Shown here piece after piece: positions 21,662 to 32,218 of a stretch of DNA of 52,966 nucleotides; position 1 is the first letter of the stretch, and each line of letters begins with the position of its first letter. Source of the stretch: Methanotrichaceae archaeon (GTDB lineage: Archaea > Halobacteriota > Methanosarcinia > Methanotrichales > Methanotrichaceae); assembly GCA_963813075.1 (NCBI GenBank), contig CAWEXU010000019.1:1-52966 (forward strand), written 5' to 3'. The position numbers and the translations under genes were made by a program. A model generated the notes under the pieces. It was not told where the DNA came from. It ran no database searches and worked only from the letters and a program-made list of their open reading frames with translations.

Positions 21662-22339
21662 CCTTGATACCTCTGATGATAAATATGCAAACATATGCAA
21701 ACTGCGTGGTTATTTCATCTAAAAATTAGAACTGAATTGCACTCAAACAAACACCTTCTCTGGCCTTTCCGCTCTGGATCTTGAAGGCAGTAGGTTCTTA
21801 TTTGCCCCTTCTTCCTGATATCTTCCCTGAGGCCTCCAGAAGGGCTCCGGATTCTTGAGCCTCTCCTCAATTCCCTCTTCTGGCAGAATCAGATCCCAGG
21901 GCTTCATGCACAGCCTGAAAATTTCCGTTTTCATCGTGGTGCTTGCTTTTGGCGAATATTCAGCCCATGTGCTCCAGCCTTTAGCTTTCATAATCCATTC
22001 ACCCGAACAAATCTCTCTCCGGCCTTTACTTAGTTATTTTTGAGAATTCATCATAATTATTCATATCATAAATCGTATGAAAATTTCTTAAAGTATCACA
22101 ATAAGAAATTTGTATATGTCCAATGGCTGCAAAATCATAGGTTAGGGGATAAAAGAGAGGAGTAGTTGAGCATTTGCAGGTGGCATGAGCTCATATCTGA
22201 AAAAAGAGAACGTTAGCTGCTCCGGGCCTGCCAGATCCCCGGTCGCGCCTGCAGGTCGACTGCATAATCCTTTTCTTGCCGATCTACCTTCCGCCCCGTT
22301 CAGGGCTAAAAAGGGAGCAGCCCATAGTTTTCATCCAAT

Positions 22340-23146
22340 TTATAGGACAGACTCATTTTCCGGAGCGGTGAAGCCGTATCTTTTCAGGATCCTCCTGCCG
22401 TCGTCCGAGAGCACGAGATCGATGAACTCCTGGCTCTCTGCTGGATACTTCGACTGGAGCAGAATTCCCACGGGATACCGGGCAACTATATTGTATTCAT
22501 CCGGGATGTCAATCTTATCCACCCTGGCAGTCATATCCTGGCGTATATCGGATTCATATGCAAATCCGGCATCCGCTTCGCCCAAAGCCACCTTGGTCAC
22601 CACATAGTTGACATTGGTCTCCTGAGAGATGACATTGGCCAGCACCTGCTCCTCATAATCCGGGCCAAATTGCGGGTCTCTGCCCATCCGGGCTATAACC
22701 TGCAGGGCATAGTCGCCCACAGGGACATCCTTCGTCCCCATGACGATCTTGACCCCGGGACGGGCGAGGTCGGTCAGATTCCGGATGCCGCCAGGGTTAT
22801 GCTTTGGAATGATAAGGGATATCCTGTTTCCGGCAAAATTGACGATGCTGCTATTGTTCATCATCCAGCTATCCTTAAGGGCATTCATCTGCATATTGTT
22901 GGCAGAGGCGAATACATCGGCATAAGCTCCGTTCTCCAGCTGGGTGCGCAGGGCCTGGGAGCCGTCGAAGTTGATTGACACCTCAATGTCCGTCCGGTCC
23001 TCATATAGTTCGCCGATCTCGCTAAAGGCGCCCGTCAGCGAAGCGGCCGCAAAGACGGTGAGCTCCTCGGTCTCCCCCCCGCAGGCAGAGGATGCCGCCA
23101 GAATCAAAGCAGCCATCATGGCCACAAAAACGTATTTTATTCTCAT
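22340..23146 (-). CDS. modA: Molybdate/tungstate ABC transporter substrate-binding protein
   Basis: Signal peptide, VFAAASLT.AF, FDGSQ.L, ADVFASAN, VPVGDYA, GEADAGFAYESD. Confidence 0.9.
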   Translation of the reverse strand: MRIKYVFVAMMAALILAASSACGGETEELTVFAAASLTGAFSEIGELYEDRTDIEVSINFDGSQALRTQLENGAYADVFASANNMQMNALKDSWMMNNSSIVNFAGNRISLIIPKHNPGGIRNLTDLARPGVKIVMGTKDVPVGDYALQVIARMGRDPQFGPDYEEQVLANVISQETNVNYVVTKVALGEADAGFAYESDIRQDMTARVDKIDIPDEYNIVARYPVGILLQSKYPAESQEFIDLVLSDDGRRILKRYGFTAPENESVL

Positions 23147-23419
23147 ATGAGAACAGCATCTGTGAGCAGATATTATAAACATTTCCGATCACTTTTAACC
23201 GAAAAGTTAGCAGATATGCAAACAGGAACCTTGCCACAGTTCATGTTATGATCCATCTCCAGGGTTCTCCAGGTTCCACAGGGTTATCCGGGATTCTCCC
23301 CGAATATCAATGATCAGGAGTTCACGGTCGGGATTCCAGGGACGCCTGACAAATAAGGATTGAAAGAAGCGAAAAAGAAGAGATACTATTATATTCTCTG
23401 AGGGATTGAGAAAAGCTCC

Positions 23420-25129
23420 ATGCCAGGCAAAATCTCCCACAGCTATGCATTTCGCGGATCAGAAAAACCGCTTATTGGAAAGACCATTGGGGACCTGTTC
23501 GATGAGATTGCGGAGAAATATCCGGATAATGATGCACTTGTCTCCATCCACCAGGGAAAAAGGTACACCTATCGCGAGCTGCAAAAGGAGCTGAACCGGG
23601 CAGCGAAGGGGTTCATCGCTCTGGGGCTGAAGAAGGGCGACCGCCTGGCCATCTGGGCGACGAACATAGCGGAATGGATCATCACCCAGTTCGCCACTGC
23701 CAAAGCGGGAATCATCATGGTGAACATCAACCCCGCCTACAGGACTCATGAGCTGGAGTACTCCCTCCGCCAGTCCGAGGCTCAGGTCCTTCTCCTCATG
23801 GACCGGTTTAAAAGCTCCGATTACGTCAAGATGTTCTATGAGGTATGCCCTGAGGCTAAAACGAGCAAACCGGGGGAGATCCACTCTGAGAAGCTGCCCT
23901 TCCTGAGAACAGCAGTCCTGATCCGGGGGGAGAAGCAGTCCAGCATGTACAGCTGGGAGGACGTCCTGCACATGGGAGAGGAGATTCCAGATGAGGTCCT
24001 GGCGGAAAGGCAGGCGAGCCTTGACTTCGACGACCCCATCAACATCCAGTATACATCCGGCACCACAGGATTTCCCAAGGGCGTGGTCCTGACCCACCAT
24101 AATATCTTGAACAACGGCTACTTCATCGGCGAGTGCATGAAATTCACAGAAAAGGATCGACTGTGCATACCGGTCCCATTCTATCATTGCTTTGGCATGG
24201 TCCTCTCCAATATGGCCTCCGTGACTCATGGGACCACCATGGTCCTGCCGGCGGAGCACTTCGACCCCATTTCCACCCTTTCCGCAGTGGAGAAGGAGCG
24301 CTGCACCGCGGTGCATGGAGTTCCCACCATGTTCGTAGCCGAGCTTGAGCACCCCGACTTCAAAAAGTTCGATCTCTCCAGCCTGCGCACGGGAATCATG
24401 GCCGGATCGCCCTGTCCCATTGAGTTCATGAAAAAGGTGAGCACTCTGATGAACATGAGTGAAGTGGTGATAACCTATGGCCAGACCGAGTCCTCCCCTG
24501 GGATCACCATGTCCTCCACTGACGACTCCCTGGACCTGAGGGTCTCGACTGTGGGAAAGCCCATGCCCCATACAGAGATGAAGATCGTGGACCCGAAGAC
24601 GGGAAAGATCGTCCCCCGGGGGGAGACAGGCGAGATCTGCGCCCGGGGCTACATGATCATGCGGGAGTATTACAACAATCCAGTGGCCACGGAGCAGTGC
24701 ATAGACGAAGAGGGCTGGCTGCACACCGGCGACCTGGGTACCCTGGACGAGAACGATTATTGCAAGATAACCGGCCGGCTCAAGGACATGGTGATTCGGG
24801 GAGGAGAGAACATCTATCCGCGGGAGATCGAGGAGTTCCTCTACACCCACCCTGCCATCAGCGATGTGCAGGTGATCGGCGTCCCGGACAAGAAGTATGG
24901 CGAGGAGCTGATGGCCTGGATCAAGCTGAAGAACGGCGCATCAGCCACCCCGGAGGAGATCAAAGCCTTCTGCAAGGGCAGAATCGCGCACTTCAAGATC
25001 CCCCGGTACATCAAGTTCGTCGATGACTTCCCCATGACGGTCAGCGGAAAGATTCAGAAGTACAAGATGAGAGAGGATTCCATCAAGGAGCTGGGGCTGG
25101 AGGAAGCGGCGGAGATGAAGACGGCCTGA
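23420..25129 (+). CDS. AMP-dependent acyl-CoA synthetase (ACSF2/FadD-like)
   Basis: QYTSGTTGFPKG, YGQTE, WLHTGDLG, GRLKDMVIRGGENIYP, TVSGKIQK. Confidence 0.92.
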   Translation: MPGKISHSYAFRGSEKPLIGKTIGDLFDEIAEKYPDNDALVSIHQGKRYTYRELQKELNRAAKGFIALGLKKGDRLAIWATNIAEWIITQFATAKAGIIMVNINPAYRTHELEYSLRQSEAQVLLLMDRFKSSDYVKMFYEVCPEAKTSKPGEIHSEKLPFLRTAVLIRGEKQSSMYSWEDVLHMGEEIPDEVLAERQASLDFDDPINIQYTSGTTGFPKGVVLTHHNILNNGYFIGECMKFTEKDRLCIPVPFYHCFGMVLSNMASVTHGTTMVLPAEHFDPISTLSAVEKERCTAVHGVPTMFVAELEHPDFKKFDLSSLRTGIMAGSPCPIEFMKKVSTLMNMSEVVITYGQTESSPGITMSSTDDSLDLRVSTVGKPMPHTEMKIVDPKTGKIVPRGETGEICARGYMIMREYYNNPVATEQCIDEEGWLHTGDLGTLDENDYCKITGRLKDMVIRGGENIYPREIEEFLYTHPAISDVQVIGVPDKKYGEELMAWIKLKNGASATPEEIKAFCKGRIAHFKIPRYIKFVDDFPMTVSGKIQKYKMREDSIKELGLEEAAEMKTA

Positions 25130-25277
25130 TGGGAGGGAAGTGTGTTTTTTCCCTTAATTTTTTTAGCTTCCAAAATACAAGATATCCTGGAAAGATTCTC
25201 CAGGCTTTCAAGCTGGCTGCAGTTCTTAGCGAGATTTAATTATCCCCGAGAACAAAGAGCTTAATGGAGATGCGCAA

Positions 25278-25499
25278 ATGATAAAGGCCAAACTAGTTGG
25301 TGGCAAGCTTCCGATCCCCAAAAAAATTATACAAAAATCAGGCTTAAAGGACGGAGACGAAGTAGAGGTGCGACTGGAAGATGGCAAATTAGTTGTCAAG
25401 CCAATAAACACCATAGCCCAGTTTAAAAAAGAGTTAAGAGGTTGCGTTGAAATTTCGAAGATCGATCCTCTTGAGGTAAAAAAATATGGAAGTGGTTGA
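25278..25499 (+). CDS. AbrB/MazE/SpoVT-family DNA-binding protein (orphan antitoxin)
   Basis: IPKKII...GLKDGDEVEVRLEDGKLVVKP. Confidence 0.75.
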   Translation: MIKAKLVGGKLPIPKKIIQKSGLKDGDEVEVRLEDGKLVVKPINTIAQFKKELRGCVEISKIDPLEVKKYGSG

Positions 25500-25668
25500 T
25501 CCAATAAATTGAACGATCTCTTCTTATCTTCATAAGCGAAAGCGGGCCACATTTGTCAGCCTACTCAACAATATTTATCTTCATATCGCGCTAATGTCAT
25601 CATCAAGAGGTTGCTATCTTGATTTCCAATGATGGATTCCAAAAAATAGCAGATCACCAGGAGGCGAG

Positions 25669-26562
25669 ATGAACAGGATAGTTCGGCGAAGGGAGATGGC
25701 CGGGGGGAGGATGGTCCTCAATGAGATTGAGGCCCCAAAGATCGCCCGCGTGGCCCAGCCAGGGCAGTTCGTGATGCTCAGGGCAAATGAGTTTGGGGAG
25801 AGGGTGCCGATGACGATCTCGGACTCCAATCCCGAGAAAGGGACCATAACCATCATATTCTCGGTAGCAGGCTGGTCCACCGCCCTTTTCAAGACCCTAC
25901 AGGTGGGTGACTCATATCAGAATGTGGTCGGACCCCTGGGCCGGCCCACTGAGGTGGGTGCGGTGGGCATGGCGGTCTGCGTAGGCGGGGGTACGGGCGT
26001 TGCTGTTCTCTATCCTATTGTCAGGAAGCTACTGAGCTTGGGAAGCCGGGTGATAAGCATCATCGGAGCACGAAGTGAGGAGCTGATCATCCTTAGAGAA
26101 GAGATGGAATCGGTCTCCGATGATCTGCTGGTATGCACAGACACCGGGACCACAGAACGCAATGCCCTGGTCACCGAGCTACTGGCGGAGGTCCTGGAGA
26201 GGGAGATTCCGGATGTGGTGGTGGCCATCGGCCCGGTGCCGATGATGAAGAGGGTAAGCGAGATCACCAGGCCCCTTGGGATCAAGACCGTAGTTAGCCT
26301 GAACCCAATCATGATCGACGGCACGGGAATGTGCGGAAGCTGCCGGGTGGAGGTGGACGGCCAGATGAGGCTGGCCTGTGTGGAGGGCCCGGAGTTCGAC
26401 GGCCATCTGGTGAACTACGATCTGCTCATGGAGCGGCTGCAGTCTTTCCGAGATGAAGAAGAGCAGGCTCTGGAGGTTCACGGTGTTGCTGAGATCCATC
26501 AGTGCAAGTTGCAAGAGGATATAATTAAAAAAGAGAAGGAGTTGGAAATGAATGACCCCTGA
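25669..26562 (+). CDS. FAD/NAD-binding 2Fe-2S electron-transfer subunit (NfnA/SudB/PyrK-like)
   Basis: QPGQFV.LR..E.GER.P.TI, GGGTG.A, GP.PMM, LNPIMIDGTGMCGSCRV...ACVEGPEFDGH. Confidence 0.88.
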   Translation: MNRIVRRREMAGGRMVLNEIEAPKIARVAQPGQFVMLRANEFGERVPMTISDSNPEKGTITIIFSVAGWSTALFKTLQVGDSYQNVVGPLGRPTEVGAVGMAVCVGGGTGVAVLYPIVRKLLSLGSRVISIIGARSEELIILREEMESVSDDLLVCTDTGTTERNALVTELLAEVLEREIPDVVVAIGPVPMMKRVSEITRPLGIKTVVSLNPIMIDGTGMCGSCRVEVDGQMRLACVEGPEFDGHLVNYDLLMERLQSFRDEEEQALEVHGVAEIHQCKLQEDIIKKEKELEMNDP

Positions 26563-26665
26563 AGAGCAATACGGATGGGGAAACGACGGCAATGACCGCG
26601 TATATTGCTTATGGCATTTGATGATGGTACCGCATAAAGGAGAGCGTAAAGCATAATCCCCGCAA

Positions 26666-27076
26666 TCAATACGCTCCATCACAGATCGCTTCTTGCAGCT
26701 CAAGCAGGTTTATCGGCTTGGAGAGAAAGCCGTCTCCCCCCTCGCTGATGCATTCATCTTTACGGCTGGTGCAGCCGGTGACAAAAATGATTCTTGGGCC
26801 CTCTGGCCAGCGTTTGCGGATGATCCTCGCTGCCTGCAGTCCATCCATTTCGGGCATCTGAATGTCCATGAGCACCAGATTGTATGGGCGGCTTTCCATG
26901 GCGTGCACCGCTTCCACACCATTGTCTGCTGTATCGGCATTGTGGCCCAGCTTCTTGAGCATCCGCAAGGTGATCATCCGGTTGGCAGGATCATCCTCTG
27001 CCAGGAGAATGCTCAAAGCCTCATTGCCGTGCCTTCCATTGCCATAGCCTAAATCAGATCCAGTTTCAGATACCAT
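26666..27076 (-). CDS. Stand-alone response regulator receiver
   Basis: ILLAEDD, LVLMDIQMPEMDG, T and FLSKP. Confidence 0.88.
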   Translation of the reverse strand: MVSETGSDLGYGNGRHGNEALSILLAEDDPANRMITLRMLKKLGHNADTADNGVEAVHAMESRPYNLVLMDIQMPEMDGLQAARIIRKRWPEGPRIIFVTGCTSRKDECISEGGDGFLSKPINLLELQEAICDGAY

Positions 27077-27359
27077 CTCAACTCACCAATTTCTGGAGCG
27101 GGTGATTCTCTCCGCGGACCCAGAGCTTCAAAGCATCTTGGTATTACTTAGTAATAAGCGTTTTGATAGTGGTAATAAAATACTCGGATTTGGCCGCTAA
27201 TGAGCTTTTTCAGGTGCATATCGGGCAGATGGGGGTAATGGCACTTTTCGTTCATAGCATGGCCTCAGTCGCAAATGCAGGAATGCTTCCAGAAGTGCGA
27301 GCAGCATCGTGCCCTGTTTTCTATCCACTAAGATGTTCACCCTGCTTGTGTTATTCTTG

Positions 27360-27555
27360 ATCCTGCTCCAGCCATACTGTATCGCAGCCCGGATGTAAAA
27401 GTCCCTGGCGACTGTGTCCTTTACCTTATCAAGGATGGTTATGTTATGATACCAGGTTATTTGTGCAAGCAGCCCTTGCACAATTGGCCTCTTCTGGGTA
27501 GGCTTCAGCAAACCTCCTCATAAATTTTAAGTTTCTTGCCGAAAAGCCCAGTGCA
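27360..27555 (-). pseudogene. DUF1016/YhcG N-terminal fragment
   Basis: GFSARNLKFMRRFAEAYP / IVQ.LLAQITWYHNITILDKVKD...R.FYI..A.QYGWSR; both ends missing. Confidence 0.75.
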
Positions 27556-27629
27556 TGGATATTCACCCGGCACAAAGATATGAAATCCACAAAAAGAAGG
27601 CAGCTTGCCGAGAGGTCTCTGCCCATGTA

Positions 27630-29027
27630 TCACTTCACATAATCATAATGCCGGTATCCCTGCTGGTCGATTTCCACCAGAGCGAATCCCCCTGAGGGTT
27701 TAATCAGGCTTTCCTTTCTCACTCCCTCGTGGAGCAGTTCATACTCCTCCAGGGATATTTCCTTCCTCTTCTCCAGCCTCTCAAACAGGCCCCTGGAAGG
27801 TACAGAAGAGAACTGCGGGCTGACCCTTGCCGAGAAGACCAGGGCCGAGCATCCGCTTCCGTAAGCGCCAAAGCACAGCCTCTCACCCGCCCGGAGCTTC
27901 TTCAGCTCCAGGAGGCTGGCCAGGCCCAGGTAGATCGAGCCGGTGTAGATGTTTCCAATGGAGCGGGAGAGAGCGGTGGTATCCATAACCCTGGCCTTGT
28001 AGGCCTCCTGAAAGTGCTCAGAGCGGGCGAAGCTGCGGGCGTAGCCGGCCAGGTCGAGCTGGTATTTCTCCGGGTCAGCATAGTTTCCCGCCTCGGGCTC
28101 CGGTCCGATCTCCGCCTCAACATCCTTCCAGTGGTTGCTCTTCTTCCAGTCCTGGCGGAAGATGGCCGCAGAAGCATACTCCGTCATTCTCGGATAGGGG
28201 ATATGGAAGAGGAGGTGATCGACGAAGTCGGTGGTGCACTCCCCCTCCTTGGGACTGATTATTCCCTTTCGGGCGGATTGGGCGGCAAATGAGGCAAATG
28301 CCCCCTGCATGGCATCCAGATAACACTGATTGCTGTGCTTGCCATTGACCGTGGCCGTTGCGCAGCCTATTGGGCGGAAGAAGTCGTTCTCGTCCCGGGT
28401 AAAGCAGCCGTAGATCTGCTCCAGCTCGGCAATCCTGGGATTCTTCTTGACCAGCAATGAGACGCTTCCCGCTCCCTGGGTGTACTCTCCAGAGGAGCCC
28501 AGAGGGTATTTGGCCACATCTGAGGCGATGACCACCCCCGCCCTTTCGCTATCATCAGCAGCCGCCCAGTAGCTGATGCTCTCTAAAGCGAGAGTGGTGC
28601 CGATACAGGCGGACTTGAACTCCACAGTGGAGCAGTGCTGGAAGGAGCCGGCACCATATACCATCTCCAGCATGCCGATGACATAGGTTCCCATCGCTTT
28701 GGCCTCATCGACCGCGGACTCCGTTCCAAGGTAGATCTTGCCGATATCATCGGGCAAAAGACGGCAGCGCTGCATCAGCTCAAGGAGGGACATGGCGGCC
28801 ATGGTGGCTGCATCCTCATGGGCATCGGGAATGGCCATCTGCTCTATTCCGATTCCCCGAATGAGCTTTCCAGGATCTATATTTCGCCGGCTGGAGAACT
28901 CGCCTTCTAATGGAAGATAAAGCTGGGGAATATAGACGGCCAGGTCATCGATCCCTACCGCCTCGCTGGATGGCCGATGGCCTGAAACTGAAGTGCTTTT
29001 CGAAGAATTGCTAAAAATACCGGTCAA
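27630..29027 (-). CDS. mvaS: Hydroxymethylglutaryl-CoA synthase family protein (bacterial/haloarchaeal-like long form)
   Basis: VGIDDL..YIP, ED..TMAA, GTESAVDEAK, EFKSAC, GEYTQGAG, DFFRP, FHIPY, GNIYTGS, YGSG. Confidence 0.85.
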   Translation of the reverse strand: MTGIFSNSSKSTSVSGHRPSSEAVGIDDLAVYIPQLYLPLEGEFSSRRNIDPGKLIRGIGIEQMAIPDAHEDAATMAAMSLLELMQRCRLLPDDIGKIYLGTESAVDEAKAMGTYVIGMLEMVYGAGSFQHCSTVEFKSACIGTTLALESISYWAAADDSERAGVVIASDVAKYPLGSSGEYTQGAGSVSLLVKKNPRIAELEQIYGCFTRDENDFFRPIGCATATVNGKHSNQCYLDAMQGAFASFAAQSARKGIISPKEGECTTDFVDHLLFHIPYPRMTEYASAAIFRQDWKKSNHWKDVEAEIGPEPEAGNYADPEKYQLDLAGYARSFARSEHFQEAYKARVMDTTALSRSIGNIYTGSIYLGLASLLELKKLRAGERLCFGAYGSGCSALVFSARVSPQFSSVPSRGLFERLEKRKEISLEEYELLHEGVRKESLIKPSGGFALVEIDQQGYRHYDYVK

Positions 29028-29160
29028 GATCTCTCCACTCCTTTGGGGAGGGGTTGGATGTATATTATTTCAGGTTTTTGCTGCTATTAATCGGGAAAGA
29101 TCAGGAAAATATATCAACTAATAGAGTCAATAAGTGACTATAATTTAAGGAGTGAAGGAT

Positions 29161-29379
29161 ATGACCGGAGACGTATATAAAGTAATAGAGCTAGTTGGGA
29201 CCTCGACCATCAGCTGGGAAGATGCCGTCAAGACAGTAGTGGACAGGGCAACCAAGTCCCTCAGAGACCTCCGCATTGCCGAGGTCAAGGAGCTGGATGT
29301 CAGGCTGGAAAACGGCAAGATCGCCGAGTACAGGGCAAAGGTCCGACTCTCCTTCAAGTATGAGGGAGAAACCGATTAG
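29161..29379 (+). CDS. Dodecin family flavin-binding protein
   Basis: VYKVIELVGTS..SWEDA...A.KSLRDLR.AEV...D...I.EYR.KVRLSF. Confidence 0.9.
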   Translation: MTGDVYKVIELVGTSTISWEDAVKTVVDRATKSLRDLRIAEVKELDVRLENGKIAEYRAKVRLSFKYEGETD

Positions 29380-29449
29380 GAAATCATCCGGTCTTCGCTG
29401 GCCTGACTCTCCTGATCTGCACAATCGGAAATCTTTTTTCATTTTTTTC

Positions 29450-29671
29450 GGCTCTTCGCTATTTCCTGTGGCTAACCAGAGGTTTCTATGATTTTCCAGT
29501 TCATGGTTAGGCGCTCTGTGCGTACTCTGTGAACTTTGTGTCTCTGTGGTGGAACGTCGCTCGCCACTGGTTATAACCACTGTGTACGAACTACTACCAC
29601 AGAGGCACAGAGCGCACGGAGAACTCACAGAGGACTCATTATCGATTACCCACTTGATACAGCGAAGAACC
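29450..29671. mobile_element. MITE-like non-coding element with 11-bp terminal inverted repeats and a long internal palindrome
   Basis: GGCTCTTCGCT (29450) ... AGCGAAGAACC (29671), 10/11 inverted match; internal CTTTGTGTCTCTGTGGT / ACCACAGAGGCACAGAG. Confidence 0.65.
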
Positions 29672-29776
29672 ATTCATATTTTCTCGAATATTCTATTACT
29701 TGACAAGAAACTTTAAATCCTAAAAATAATGCAGTACTAAAAATAGGTATATCAAAAGATATTTAGGGAGATATGA

Positions 29777-30634
29777 ATGGCATTCTTTTTGATAAAGGGG
29801 ACATTTCACGTTATGGGCTACAGCCCGGACGGCGACTCAATCCGCTTTCGGGCCAGGAATCCCGATAACTGGAAAAAGCTTTCAGGGCCGGCGACAGAAT
29901 TGAATGCTCGCGGCCATGCCCAGTTGAGAATCGAGGCGATAGACGCTCTGGAGACCCACTATCAGGGATATCACCAGCCGATGAAGCTGGCGAAGGCGGC
30001 CTGCCGGTATCTGCTATCGTATCTAGGAATCGACGAGGTGGTGTGGGATGAGCGGCAGAGCAGGGTGATCAAGGCTCAGGACGGGACAGAGGGCTATATC
30101 CTGGCCAGGAGCACAGAAGCTAACCGGCGGCCGGTGGCCTTTGTCTTTGCCGGCGGAATCGAAAAAAGAGATGGCTCCGAGGTCATCCTGGACGAGTCGA
30201 TGCTGAAGCGGAGCCTAAACTACGGCCTCATCGCCCGCGGCCTCGCTTATCCCACCTACTACAACGGCCTCTTCTCCGACCTCCGCCTCCCCTTGACCCG
30301 GGCTATGGCTCACGCCAGGTCCGAGGGAAAGGGAATCTGGCCATACGACCTGACCACGAAGGGCTTCTCGGTGCCCTGCCTGGATCCATTGACCGAGAAT
30401 GTGGTGATCCTCCCCAAGCTCTTCCGCCGCCTGGTGGACTACATGGGCGACGGTGGGATGATGAACGGCTTTCGGGATCACCTGCAGGCCCGATGCGAGC
30501 CCCTGGTCAGGGTGCAGCAGGTCCACTTCACCCGGCTGGACGCCGTGGTCGATGTGAAAGGGGATCGGGTCAGATTAATCGAGTCCCCGGAGAACCTGAT
30601 ATTCCTGGACAAGGTGCTTTGCAAGAAGAGCTAA
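29777..30634 (+). CDS. Staphylococcal nuclease (thermonuclease)-like protein
   Basis: PDGDSIRF, LRIEAIDALETHY, R.VAFVF, N..LI..GLAYP..Y, AR.EGKGIW. Confidence 0.7.
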   Translation: MAFFLIKGTFHVMGYSPDGDSIRFRARNPDNWKKLSGPATELNARGHAQLRIEAIDALETHYQGYHQPMKLAKAACRYLLSYLGIDEVVWDERQSRVIKAQDGTEGYILARSTEANRRPVAFVFAGGIEKRDGSEVILDESMLKRSLNYGLIARGLAYPTYYNGLFSDLRLPLTRAMAHARSEGKGIWPYDLTTKGFSVPCLDPLTENVVILPKLFRRLVDYMGDGGMMNGFRDHLQARCEPLVRVQQVHFTRLDAVVDVKGDRVRLIESPENLIFLDKVLCKKS

Positions 30635-30749
30635 AGAAGCCAATATTCAGAGCTTGGTCGGGGCCTGAACTCCTCACAGGAGGATCCCAATCGCTCCGGT
30701 CAAACTATCGGTCAAAGCTATTTATCCTATCCCGGCCATATCATATCTC

Positions 30750-31166
30750 ATGCCCATACTCAGAGACGACAAAGACCTGAAAGATGCCCTTACCAGCTGC
30801 CGCACCATCTGCGTGGTCGGCATCTCCCCGGATCCATACAAGCCCAGTCATTTCGTATCCGAGGTCCTGCAACGGCACGGCTTCAAGCTCTATCTGGTCA
30901 ATCCCAAGTGCGCCGGCCAGACCATTCTGGGAGAGAAGGTCTTAGCCTCCATCCACGATGTCCCGGATGATATCGATATTGTGGACGTCTTCCGTCGGCC
31001 GTCTGCCGTCCCCGCTCTGGCCGAGGAAGCAAAGAAGAAGGGCTTTGGGGTATTCTGGATGCAGCCGGGAACAGAGAGCCCGGAGGCCATAAAGCAGCTG
31101 GATCAGGAGGGATACCGGGTGGTGGCGGGAAGGTGCGCCAAGATAGAGTCCAACCGACTCTTATAA
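30750..31166 (+). CDS. CoA-binding protein (YccU-like)
   Basis: TI.VVG.S..P.KPS..V, VNP, IDIVDVFR, WMQPG. Confidence 0.9.
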   Translation: MPILRDDKDLKDALTSCRTICVVGISPDPYKPSHFVSEVLQRHGFKLYLVNPKCAGQTILGEKVLASIHDVPDDIDIVDVFRRPSAVPALAEEAKKKGFGVFWMQPGTESPEAIKQLDQEGYRVVAGRCAKIESNRLL

Positions 31167-31318
31167 GGCCGAATTTTTCCATCCTGCAATTTTCCCGCTG
31201 CTCTGATAAAACCAGAAAGGTATTCACAATTCCCGGAGGTATCAAATATATTTTACTGATCTGAAAAACCGCATTTCCTAAGCAAAAGCTAAATAACCTG
31301 CCAAGACTACTGGGAGCG

Positions 31319-32218
31319 ATGTTCTCCGCCCGGGATGAGTACCATCTCATCAATAAAGAGCTTGCTGCACTGGTGAGGGAGCTGCCTGATTCCCCTCTGG
31401 GGGAGATACTGAGCTATGTGCTCTCCGCACCGGGAAAGAGGGTCCGGCCGCTCATTCTGATCCTATCCGCAGAGGCTTTAGGCACCCCTCCAGCCCAGTC
31501 CACGAGCGCAGCTTTAGCCATTGAGCTGGTCCATGCCGCATCCCTGGTGCATGACGATATTTTAGATCACGGCATAGAGAGGAGGGGCTCACCCAGTGCT
31601 CTGGAGCGTTTCGGCCCTGAGGCCTCGCTCCTGGCGGGCGACTGGCTCATCTCCCGGTCGATCGACCTGATATCCGGCTACAGCCAGCCGGTGATTCGGG
31701 CGTTCTCCCGCGCCTGCATGGACATGTCTGAGGGGGAATTGATGGACCTCTCCTGCGCGGCCTCGCCGGATGATTACTATCAGTGCATCTCTAAGAAGAC
31801 GGCCTCCCTATTCGCCGCCTCGGCCAAGATCGGTGGGCTGATCAGCGGGGCCGGAGAAGAGGATGTGGCCCGGCTGGAGAGCTATGGGCTGCATCTGGGT
31901 TTAGGCTATCAGGTACTCGACGACCTGGAGGAGTATTTGGGCCTGGACCAGGGGAAGTCCTCCCAGAAGACCTCGGTCACCCTTCCCAGGATCTATTCTA
32001 ACTCTCTTTCTTCTTCTCCTTCTTCGGACACTGATTCTGACGCCGAGACTGTTGTGCAGATGTGCATCAAGGTCACCGATGATCACTGCAACCAGGCCAA
32101 AAGCGCCCTCCAGGCCCTGAATGGAGACGAGGACAAAAAGCTCCTGCTACTGGAGATCGTGGATGAGATGACCTGCCGGGGACTGCAAAGATGCAGATCG
32201 CAAAAAAGCCTCTGCTGA
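31319..32218 (+). CDS. Trans-polyprenyl diphosphate synthase, resembling Methanosarcina geranylfarnesyl diphosphate synthase
   Basis: GKRVRP, ASLVHDDILD..ERRG, GDWL, KKTASLF, YQVLDDLEE, TS.TLPRIY; about 300 aa. Confidence 0.85.
   Translation: MFSARDEYHLINKELAALVRELPDSPLGEILSYVLSAPGKRVRPLILILSAEALGTPPAQSTSAALAIELVHAASLVHDDILDHGIERRGSPSALERFGPEASLLAGDWLISRSIDLISGYSQPVIRAFSRACMDMSEGELMDLSCAASPDDYYQCISKKTASLFAASAKIGGLISGAGEEDVARLESYGLHLGLGYQVLDDLEEYLGLDQGKSSQKTSVTLPRIYSNSLSSSPSSDTDSDAETVVQMCIKVTDDHCNQAKSALQALNGDEDKKLLLLEIVDEMTCRGLQRCRSQKSLC

Noticed and set aside
21743..21991. 82-aa minus-strand ORF
   Set aside because: No recognisable motif; may be a degraded remnant
23459..24850. Long antisense ORFs (also 12018-13187, 41670-42365, 49756-50655)
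   Set aside because: Shadow frames of GC-rich genes with clear sense-strand assignments
29191..29673. 160-aa ORF here, and the 126-aa ORF at 33354-33734
   Set aside because: They translate the palindromic repeat elements and are not protein-like
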